From the NCBI GenBank assembly GCA_013151235.1, contig JAADIO010000053.1, positions 1 to 19,058 of the forward strand: a stretch of DNA of 19,058 nt. The letters run 5' to 3'. How positions within the stretch are numbered: the stretch's first letter is position 1; every line of letters starts with the position of its first letter. The notes under the pieces were generated by a model. The model ran no database searches. It saw only the letters and a program-made list of their open reading frames with translations, and was not told the origin of the DNA. The position numbers were made by a program, and so were the translations under genes. Positions 7,772 through 15,005 of the stretch are shown one piece after another. Source of the stretch: Deltaproteobacteria bacterium. Its GTDB lineage: Bacteria > CG2-30-53-67.

Positions 7772-8299
7772 TTATCGGGTCCGAAAGTGTACACGCCGAT
7801 TCCTCGACCAGCACGATTCAGTTTGCTCGGTGCAGACCGGCTTTTCTTCCCCGTAACTGATAGTGGAGATCCGATCTGCGGCAACCCCTAAGTTGATCAG
7901 GTAATTGTAGGCACTCTTCGCTCGCCGATCCCCCAGCGCGAGATTGTATTGACTGGAACCCCGATCGTCACAATGCCCTTCAATCACCACCGTGGTCCCG
8001 GCATGATTCTCCATCCAGGCGGCATTATCCGCGAGAGTGGATCGAGCTTCCGGAGAAAGGTCGAAGCGGTCGTAAGCAAAATAGACATCGGCCATCTCCT
8101 TGGGCTGAATCGGCTGGATCTCCTCCGTCAGGACATCGCTCTCCTGTATTCCCTTCGTCGCGGTTGCCGCTTGCTGCTCCGCGGACGGACTCGTGGTTTC
8201 GGCTTTCACAGCAGCCTTGTTCCGGGCACACCCGGACAGAGCCAGGAGAACCATCAACCCGAACATGATGATCCCTACCACCCAATTCTTTTTCCTCAT
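7772..8299 (-). CDS. pal: Peptidoglycan-associated lipoprotein Pal
   Basis: Lipobox LSGC; OmpA-like domain VYFAYD…IEGHCDDRGSSQYNLALGDRRA…ISYGEEKP…NRR; start ATG 8299 with AAGGAG RBS. Confidence 0.96.
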   Translation of the reverse strand: MRKKNWVVGIIMFGLMVLLALSGCARNKAAVKAETTSPSAEQQAATATKGIQESDVLTEEIQPIQPKEMADVYFAYDRFDLSPEARSTLADNAAWMENHAGTTVVIEGHCDDRGSSQYNLALGDRRAKSAYNYLINLGVAADRISTISYGEEKPVCTEQTESCWSRNRRVHFRTR

Positions 8300-8345
8300 G
8301 GTTTCACTCCTTTCTTGGAATTTATTTCGCTTCTCTTGGCGGCAA

Positions 8346-8374
8346 AGTATAGTATAGAAACCTCGCCCTGTAAA
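8346..8374 (-). promoter_or_regulatory. Internal sigma70-like promoter for pal-cpoB
   Basis: TTTACA-17 nt-TATACT in the tolB-pal gap. Confidence 0.55.
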
Positions 8375-8390
8375 ATGCTTTTTTCGTCTT

Positions 8391-9725
8391 TTATTCCGGG
8401 ACGAACCGGGGCGACCAGTCCGGAGCGGAATTCCGTGCGGCACCGGAGGTCACCCGCCTCAGGTGTGTTCCGTCGGCATTCATAATGTAGATGTCCGATT
8501 TGCCGTCCATCGTAGAACTGAAACAGAGAAACCGGCCGTCCGGCGACCAGGAGGGAAACTCGTTGTTTCCCGCGTTGGCCGTGATCAGGACCATTCCGCT
8601 CTTGTCGGGTTTGATCGTAGCGATCTGGAAACGGCCGTTCACCATCGATGCAAAGGCAATCCGGTCGCCGCGGGGCGACCAGACGGGATCGGCGTTATAT
8701 TTGCCCCGGTAGGTCAGGCGGAAGGGATGCTTGCCGTCGGAATCCATCAGGTAGACCTGAGGACTCCCGGCCCGATCCGACATGAAAATAATTTTCTTGC
8801 CGTCCGGGGACCACCGGGGCGCAACATCAATGGCCCAGTTGTTGGTCAGCCGTTTCGGTTTCCTGGAATATTTGCCGAGGGTATAGATCTCGGAATTCCC
8901 GTCCTTGCTCATCACATAGGCCAGCCGTCCCCCTCCCGGCGAATAGGCGCCCCCGGTATTGATCCCCGGCTTCCCGGAGATCTTCCGGACCTCACCGGAA
9001 CGGAGGGTGATCTGGTACAGGTCGGGGTTTCCGTCCCGGTAGGAGGTAAACACCACCTTCTCCCCGTCAGAGGACCAGCGGGGGGAAATGATAATACAAG
9101 ATTCCTTGAGCAGGACCTGATCGTTGTGACCGTCATAATCCATGATATGAATTTCCCGGGTTTTCCCCAAGGCTGCGAGATAGACGATCCGAGTATCAAA
9201 GACCCCGCGCTCCCCGGTAATCTGACGGAGCGCTGCATTGGCAAAGCGATGGGCCATCTTTCGCAGATCCTTGACCTCCCCATAATACCGCTTCCCCAAA
9301 ATCCTTTTCCGCAGGTAGACATCGTAGAGATAGAACTCCACTTTCACACGGTCTCCTTCCCGCTGATAGGTCCCTTCGATCAGGGCATCGGCACCGACAA
9401 CCCGCCAGTCCTCGAAGCGGATCTTTCGCGGATCGATCTCGGAATGGGCGGGGTCTTCGATGAAGCTCACCGGATCGAGTACCTGGAAGAGACCGGAAAA
9501 TTCCAGATCGTCACTCAAGGTCTGATGGAGTTCTTTCCCGAGTGGGAGGTCATCACTACCGGGCGACAAGTTTTTGAACACCTGAATCGCCACCGGAAGC
9601 CTCCGGAAGGTTGGGGCATTGATATCAAGATAGATCTTGGCCGACGCAGGAACGGACATCACCAGGAGGAGTATCATGAAAAATGCACGCATGAGGAAAC
9701 CGGCCGTGGGAAAACAGGATTTCAT
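8391..9725 (-). CDS. tolB: Tol-Pal beta-propeller protein TolB
   Basis: Signal peptide, DLEFSGLF N-terminal domain, repeated P-x-WSPDG propeller blades; operon position. Confidence 0.96.
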   Translation of the reverse strand: MKSCFPTAGFLMRAFFMILLLVMSVPASAKIYLDINAPTFRRLPVAIQVFKNLSPGSDDLPLGKELHQTLSDDLEFSGLFQVLDPVSFIEDPAHSEIDPRKIRFEDWRVVGADALIEGTYQREGDRVKVEFYLYDVYLRKRILGKRYYGEVKDLRKMAHRFANAALRQITGERGVFDTRIVYLAALGKTREIHIMDYDGHNDQVLLKESCIIISPRWSSDGEKVVFTSYRDGNPDLYQITLRSGEVRKISGKPGINTGGAYSPGGGRLAYVMSKDGNSEIYTLGKYSRKPKRLTNNWAIDVAPRWSPDGKKIIFMSDRAGSPQVYLMDSDGKHPFRLTYRGKYNADPVWSPRGDRIAFASMVNGRFQIATIKPDKSGMVLITANAGNNEFPSWSPDGRFLCFSSTMDGKSDIYIMNADGTHLRRVTSGAARNSAPDWSPRFVPE

Positions 9726-10498
9726 TGAGACTCCTCGGGGGTAAAGCGAATTCCGACCTCCATTGATTTCTCATCGCCGGGCAGCGGAGGGAGGGGGCTG
9801 CTCTTTTCAATCGCTCGAATCGCGGACTGGTCGAAAGGATCGTTGCCGGAGCTGTTTTCAATTTCGATCGACAAGACCCGGCCGTCTTTTGCGACCGTCA
9901 GCCCAATCACGGTCTCCAAACCCCGCCGGACATTGACCCCTTCGGGGATCACCCAGGCATCTTTAATGATCTCCCAGATCGTATTGTAATAGGCCTTGAA
10001 GCGGATCTCCATCAACCGGCTTGTGATCCTGCTGCGGGCGGCCAGTGCCTTCCGTTCGGCCAAACGTTTTGCCGCCACCCGTTTTTTCAAATTCGCAATG
10101 GAGGAATCGATCTCCTTTTCACTGTACGCCTTGGGCGGCGGCTTTTTCGGGACTACTTTTTTCTTCGCCACCTTTTTCGCCGCCTTTTCCGGAGGAGGCC
10201 CCGTCTTTGTTTTATTCCTGTCGGGCAGGGAGATGGCTTTGGCCTTTTTCGCCTTCGGCGGTACCGCCTTTTTGGCAGCTGCTTTTTTTGCCGGTTTGGG
10301 CACCGGTTTGGGATGTACCAAGGTTACAAGATCGACCGTATAAGACGGCGGCGTATAGTAAACAGGAGGGGGAACGAATCTTCTCGAATAGGCAACAAAA
10401 AAGATTACGGCAAGATGGAGTGCCAGGGAGACCCAAAACATCCGCCGGAAATTTCGATCGAATTCCGTATCTTCAAAGGGTTGAAAACGAGGTACCAT
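9722..10498 (-). CDS. tolA: TolA (TonB-like energy transducer)
   Basis: Single N-terminal TM with SLALH motif, Pro/Lys/Ala-rich linker, C-terminal SSGN..FDQSAIRAI..SSPLP domain; 4-nt overlap with tolB. Confidence 0.85.
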   Translation of the reverse strand: MVPRFQPFEDTEFDRNFRRMFWVSLALHLAVIFFVAYSRRFVPPPVYYTPPSYTVDLVTLVHPKPVPKPAKKAAAKKAVPPKAKKAKAISLPDRNKTKTGPPPEKAAKKVAKKKVVPKKPPPKAYSEKEIDSSIANLKKRVAAKRLAERKALAARSRITSRLMEIRFKAYYNTIWEIIKDAWVIPEGVNVRRGLETVIGLTVAKDGRVLSIEIENSSGNDPFDQSAIRAIEKSSPLPPLPGDEKSMEVGIRFTPEESQ

Positions 10499-10533
10499 CT
10501 ATTCACGCAACCATCCGATCAATCCGTGTAACG

Positions 10534-10566
10534 CCGCAGACGGACTTTTTAGGCGGCCGTCAGCTC
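10534..10566. repeat. Isolated right end of the MITE family; 33-bp direct repeat with 10688-10720
   Basis: CCGCAGACGGACTTTTTAGGC(G/A)GCCGTCAGCTC present twice with one mismatch. Confidence 0.85.
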
Positions 10567-10590
10567 AGCCCAAGCAGTCAATTATCTTCC

Positions 10591-10715
10591 AACGGCAAAG
10601 TAAAAAGATCCGGATGCAAGGCGCGAAGGTTTTGACGAGTGAGACGTACTGTTTGTACGTCGCAACGATGTCAAAACCTGATAAACACCGCAGACGGACT
10701 TTTTAGGCAGCCGTC
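10591..10715. mobile_element. MITE-like element, termini related to 7590-7767 but different interior
   Basis: Left AACGGCAAAGTAAAAAGATCC, right GGACTTTTTAGGCAGCCGTC; internal stems AGGTTTTGAC/GTCAAAACCT and GACGTAC/GTACGTC. Confidence 0.7.
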
Positions 10716-11130
10716 AGCTCTTGATGTCCGAAACTTCCGTAACCATCCCCAACTTCCGGATCCCCGCCCCCTTGATCGCCGCCATGACTTTTACCACAAA
10801 ACCGTAGGGGATACTTTTATCCGCCCGGAGGAAAACCTCCCGTGTCGGGTTCGCCTTGCGGATCCGGGTCAATTTCTTCTTCAGTTCCTGAACGGTGAAA
10901 GAGGTCTTGTTGATATAGATATTCTTCTTTTTCGTCACCGTCACGACCAGGCGCTCCTTGTTGAACTTTATGGCCGAGGCCTTTGTTTTGGGCAGATCAA
11001 CATCCACCCCCTGCTGCAGCATGGGGGCCGTTACCATAAAGATAATCAACAAAACCAGCATGACATCAACCAGGGGAGTGACGTTGATCTCCGACATGCT
11101 GCTGTACTCTTTATTGCCTGTCATGCCCAT
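10714..11130 (-). CDS. tolR: TolR (ExbD family)
   Basis: EINVTPLVDVMLVLLIIFMVTAP and FLRADKSIPYG.V..VM motifs; AAGGAG RBS. Confidence 0.95.
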   Translation of the reverse strand: MGMTGNKEYSSMSEINVTPLVDVMLVLLIIFMVTAPMLQQGVDVDLPKTKASAIKFNKERLVVTVTKKKNIYINKTSFTVQELKKKLTRIRKANPTREVFLRADKSIPYGFVVKVMAAIKGAGIRKLGMVTEVSDIKS

Positions 11131-11149
11131 GGAAAACTCCTTACGCCGT

Positions 11150-11218
11150 GGCGGCTTTGCAGTAAGTCCAACCGGAGCTTTTTCTTGACCGTCAAGATGC
11201 GTTTTTTACGAGACCCTC
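11150..11218. mobile_element. Degenerate MITE termini (one left-like, two right-like)
   Basis: GGCGGCTTTGCAGTAAGTCC (11150-11169), GAGCTTTTTCTTGACCGTC (11175-11193), GCGTTTTTTACGAGACCCTC (11199-11218) followed by AACCTT. Confidence 0.55.
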
Positions 11219-11954
11219 AACCTTCAAGATGTTTCTCTGCGATACTCAGAAACTCCGACGAGAAGTTTTCCATTTCGTTCGCCATCACCCGGACTTTACG
11301 GACAAAATGATTGTACGCGACGACGGCCGGAATGGCTGCGGCCAGCCCCGCAGCGGTCGCCACCAGCGCCTCGGAGATCCCCGGCGCAACCACGGCCAGA
11401 CTGGCGGATCCCCGGACCCCGATCCCGTGGAAGGCGTCCATGATTCCCCAGACCGTACCGAAAAGGCCGATAAAAGGGGCCGTACTCCCGGTGGTCGCCA
11501 GAAAGGTGATGGCCCGTTCCAGCCGCGTGATCTCGGAGATCATCGCCCGGTTCAGCGCCCGTTGCACATGTTCGACTCCGTTGATTTCCGCGGCTCCGGC
11601 CACTTCGGCGACCTCCCCTCCGGCTGCGGCACTCCCTTTCGGGGAGGTCTTTCCTTCCCGGATCTTGTTCACTTCTTCGTAGGCCGACTCAAAGAGTCTG
11701 GAGATAGGACTGGCGGGATATTGTCTGGCCGTGCGGATGAGCGTGGAGAAGGGATGATCCATCCAGAAGACCTTGAGGAACCTGTTGGTCTGGGAACGGG
11801 CGGAACGGATGACCCGGTACTTGTAGAGGATGATCGCCCAGCAGGCCACGGAAAAGATCAGCAGGATCAGCAACACCCCTTTGACCACGAGACCGGCGTT
11901 GACGACCAGAGAAAGGATTCCGCTATGTGATAAAGCCAAAGCGCTTTGTTCCAT
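11217..11954 (-). CDS. tolQ: TolQ (MotA/TolQ/ExbB proton channel)
   Basis: FLATTGSTAPFIGLFGTVWGIM…VVAPGISEALVATAAGLAAAIPAV..YN. Confidence 0.96.
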   Translation of the reverse strand: MEQSALALSHSGILSLVVNAGLVVKGVLLILLIFSVACWAIILYKYRVIRSARSQTNRFLKVFWMDHPFSTLIRTARQYPASPISRLFESAYEEVNKIREGKTSPKGSAAAGGEVAEVAGAAEINGVEHVQRALNRAMISEITRLERAITFLATTGSTAPFIGLFGTVWGIMDAFHGIGVRGSASLAVVAPGISEALVATAAGLAAAIPAVVAYNHFVRKVRVMANEMENFSSEFLSIAEKHLEG

Positions 11955-12023
11955 AGTACCTACTTTCTGCCTTTGATTTTTCTTTGTGCCTCTGCCCCTC
12001 CGTGCTTGAGAAGTTACGCAGAG

Positions 12024-12052
12024 ACTCTAATATAGAACGTGGGCAAAGTCAA
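12024..12052 (-). promoter_or_regulatory. Sigma70-like promoter for the tol-pal cluster
   Basis: TTGACT-17 nt-TAGAGT upstream of tolQ. Confidence 0.5.
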
Positions 12053-12095
12053 GATGGGCCGCTGGTTTACAACATGGCTGCAGGTAACGCTCGGT

Positions 12096-12599
12096 TCAGA
12101 AACCGTCCGGACAGGATTCGCGGGGGCGTTCCGCATCGCGCAGGCGTTTCCGCTCTTCGGCCTTCCTCTGAAGCGCCTCCTCCTCCACGGTGCGGCAAAC
12201 CAGGGGGGGAACGGGAGTGGGGCGCCCCTTCCCGTCCAGGGCAACGTAGGTCACGAGGGCTGTGCAGGTCTTGCAACGGGCGCCGGTAAGGGGATTTTCG
12301 GAAAAGATATCGACGCCCACCTCCACCGAAGTCCGAAAGGCGCCGTTGAGCCTTGCCTTAACGATGGCCAGCGTCCCGATCCGGATCGGGTGACGGAAAT
12401 CGACCCGATCCATGGAGGCGGTCACAACGATGGTCCGACAATGACGCATGGCCGCCATGGCCCCCGTCAGGTCGATCATGGAGAGGACTTTCCCGCCAAA
12501 AACATTTCCCAGATGGTTCCCGTCATTGGGCTGGATCAGCTCCGTCGTTTCCACCATCGATTCCTCAAAGGTCTTTCCCTGCAACAGATCATTCATCAT
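12096..12599 (-). CDS. Hotdog-fold acyl-CoA thioesterase (YciA-like)
   Basis: PNDGNHLGNVFGG.VL..ID…VVTASMD.VDF..PI.IG…RTSVEVGV…YVALD..GRP..VP. Confidence 0.92.
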   Translation of the reverse strand: MMNDLLQGKTFEESMVETTELIQPNDGNHLGNVFGGKVLSMIDLTGAMAAMRHCRTIVVTASMDRVDFRHPIRIGTLAIVKARLNGAFRTSVEVGVDIFSENPLTGARCKTCTALVTYVALDGKGRPTPVPPLVCRTVEEEALQRKAEERKRLRDAERPRESCPDGF

Positions 12600-13636
12600 T
12601 TCTCTCCTCCGGGAAACCCCGTCGTCGAAAATGTCCGGTCTTCCCCGTCGACAATCATCCCCTCCACCTGATCACGCCGTTGGAGCAGGACACGCCCCTT
12701 TTTCGGCCCGAGGACGAAAACGGCCGTTGCCAGGGCATCCGCCTCCATGGCCGTGGGGGCGATCACCGTAACACTCCGGCAGCCCCGGGCAGGACGCCCC
12801 GTCCGGGGATCCAGAATATGATGATACCGTACCCCCTGGTAGATGTAAAATCTTTCATAGTCTCCGGAGGTGGCCGCAGCCCGGTCGGTCAGAGGCAGTT
12901 CCTCCATAAGCCGGCCCCGGTGGCGAGGGTCCTCTATTCCCACCCTCCAGGGACGGGATACGGATCGTCTCCCGATCGCACGCAGATCACCTCCGGCATT
13001 CACGATAGCGTTTTCGATCCCCTCTTTCTCAAGAACCTCAATGGCCCGGTCCACTGCATACCCCTTGGCAACCCCCCCCAGGACGATCGCCATCCCCGGC
13101 TTCGGCAGGCGCACCCGGCCCGCTCGATCGATCCGTACTTTACGATAGTCCACAAGAGGGAGGACGGCATCAATTTTTCCCCGACCGGGAGGGGGGGGAC
13201 CTTTTTCAATATGCCAGATCCGCACCAGGGGTTTCACCGTGATGTCGAAGGCCCCATTCGACAGGGCGCCGAAGCGGAGTCCCGCCCTGATAACCAGCCG
13301 GAGTTCAGGAGAGACCGGCGTCCATCCCTTGCCCGCGGCGTCGTTGACCTTCGAGATCCCGCTATCCGGACGGTAGGTACTCATGATCGCCTCAAGACGT
13401 CGGATCTCACCGAAAGCACGATCCGCCGCATGGTCGGCACGATCAGGATCGACACCGGCTATGGTGATCGAGACCGTCGTCCCCATAAGAATCTGTTCCC
13501 GTTCCACAACCGGAGGGGTCGAAGTCTCACATCCCGTCGAAAGCAGAAGCCCACAGATCAGCAGGAGCAGAACCGGATTTTTTCGCAGCAAATTCGGGAG
13601 GGGCGCGGCAGATTCCAGGATCCGCTTACAGATCAC
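12596..13636 (-). CDS. apbE: FAD:protein FMN transferase ApbE, probable lipoprotein (start uncertain: GTG 13636 or TTG 13591)
   Basis: MGTT, GAFDITV.PL..IW, LGGVAKGYAVD, VNAGGD, ATSGDYER, YHHILDPRTG, ADALATA; lipobox-like STGC. Confidence 0.92.
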   Translation of the reverse strand: MICKRILESAAPLPNLLRKNPVLLLLICGLLLSTGCETSTPPVVEREQILMGTTVSITIAGVDPDRADHAADRAFGEIRRLEAIMSTYRPDSGISKVNDAAGKGWTPVSPELRLVIRAGLRFGALSNGAFDITVKPLVRIWHIEKGPPPPGRGKIDAVLPLVDYRKVRIDRAGRVRLPKPGMAIVLGGVAKGYAVDRAIEVLEKEGIENAIVNAGGDLRAIGRRSVSRPWRVGIEDPRHRGRLMEELPLTDRAAATSGDYERFYIYQGVRYHHILDPRTGRPARGCRSVTVIAPTAMEADALATAVFVLGPKKGRVLLQRRDQVEGMIVDGEDRTFSTTGFPGGEK

Positions 13637-14600
13637 GCCGGTAGACAAAATCAGAAACGGAGAGAAGAGCATCTTTGGCCAAAGAATTTTCAAAGGGTTT
13701 GAGGTTTCCGCGGGCCTGTTCGATATAGGATCGGGTTCGTTCCTGCGTATAAGCCACGGCATCATATCGCTCAACACAGTCAAAAACGAAATCAAGGTCC
13801 TCTGCACGCTTCTCCCCCGCCTCAAAAATCAAGCGGATTCGGGCCGTTTCATCCTCGGTCCCCTCATGAAGCACATGGATCAGCGGGAGGGTAACCTTCC
13901 CTTCCAACAGGTCCTTTCCGACCTTTTTGCCGAGTTTTCCTTCCTGAGCCGAATAATCAAGAGCATCATCACTCAGTTGAAAAGCGATCCCCACGGCATT
14001 GCCGAAGGCCACCATGGACTTCCGGACGGAAGGCGGCGCCTCGGCAAGGATCGCTCCCAATTCACAGGCTGCCGCAATGAGTACGGCCGTCTTTTTCGTA
14101 ATGACGGCGAGATAATCTTCTTCCGTCAGATCGAGATTGCCGATCTGAGAGAGCTGCATCACCTCTCCCTCCGACATGACCGTTGTGGCCTCGGAGAGAA
14201 CGTTCATAATCTCCTGGTTTTCTTCCCGGACAGCCAGATAAAGAGCCTTGGAATAAAGATAATCTCCCACCAGGATGCTCGCCTGGTTTCCGAAGACCCG
14301 GTTTGCCGCATCCTGACCCCGTCGAATCACGGCATCGTCCACCACGTCGTCATGGAGAAGAGAAGCCGTATGAATATATTCGATAACCGATGCCAGAAGA
14401 TGCTGCCGGTCTCCATGATATCCGCAGACGCGGGATGCCAGGAGGAGAAGAAGGGGACGGATCCGTTTACCCCCGCCCCGCAGCAGGTGAAGACCCACTT
14501 CTCCAATCAGGGGAGCGCCGGAATGCAGATTCCCGGCGATACACCGCTCCACCTCGGCCAGATCCTTCTCCAGAAGTGTCCAGACTTCCTCGATTCTCAT
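13626..14600 (-). CDS. ispB: Polyprenyl diphosphate synthase (IspB-like, long-chain)
   Basis: GGKRIRP, EYIHTASLLHDDVVD…RRG, KTA, FQLSDDALD, GK..GKDL.EGKVTLP. Confidence 0.9.
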   Translation of the reverse strand: MRIEEVWTLLEKDLAEVERCIAGNLHSGAPLIGEVGLHLLRGGGKRIRPLLLLLASRVCGYHGDRQHLLASVIEYIHTASLLHDDVVDDAVIRRGQDAANRVFGNQASILVGDYLYSKALYLAVREENQEIMNVLSEATTVMSEGEVMQLSQIGNLDLTEEDYLAVITKKTAVLIAAACELGAILAEAPPSVRKSMVAFGNAVGIAFQLSDDALDYSAQEGKLGKKVGKDLLEGKVTLPLIHVLHEGTEDETARIRLIFEAGEKRAEDLDFVFDCVERYDAVAYTQERTRSYIEQARGNLKPFENSLAKDALLSVSDFVYRRDL

Positions 14601-14626
14601 CAGTCTCCCTTGGGAAAAACAGTGTG

Positions 14627-14655
14627 ATAGTAGTGGATCAGGGGACTGTTGTCAA
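14627..14655 (-). promoter_or_regulatory. Sigma70-like promoter for ispB-apbE-thioesterase
   Basis: TTGACA-17 nt-TACTAT on the minus strand. Confidence 0.6.
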
Positions 14656-14863
14656 GGTGTAACGCCCCCGGACTTCCCCCAATTTTTCGCGGTGATTCGT
14701 TATTGTCGGCGCATCAACCGGAATTCCGGGTAAACCGCCCGCTTTTACAGGGCAACCACCCCCGAAGAACGCCGAAAAATGCTCATAAGCCCGGCGGCAG
14801 ACACATCACATCCGGAACCGGTTTCGACTATCCCAATGGGGAAATATCAAAGAAGAGAAGGTA

Positions 14864-14892
14864 TTGACAAGCGGTCTCAAAGCGTGTAGAGT
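14864..14892 (+). promoter_or_regulatory. Sigma70-like promoter for purH
   Basis: TTGACA-17 nt-TAGAGT. Confidence 0.6.
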
Positions 14893-15005
14893 GCCGCACA
14901 TTAAACGAAGAGTCTCCGGAGCGGGAAGACCCCGGAGAACCTCAACCGGACAAAAACCTGAATTTCATTATCCAACCGGCAACTTCTTTTACCAAGGATC
15001 CGACC

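Noticed and set aside
8300-8443. 48-aa N-terminal extension of Pal
   Set aside because: Overlaps tolB and the promoter; RBS and lipoprotein signal point to ATG 8299.
13637-13825. N-terminal extension of ApbE in the ORF track
   Set aside because: Would overlap ispB by 200 nt; the signal peptide begins near the ispB stop.
14895-15005. ZMP/ZTP or purine riboswitch in the purH leader
   Set aside because: Conserved GACTGGCG…GGGGAG and CGCCTGGGC elements are absent; only a TCTCCGG/CCGGAGA hairpin is present.
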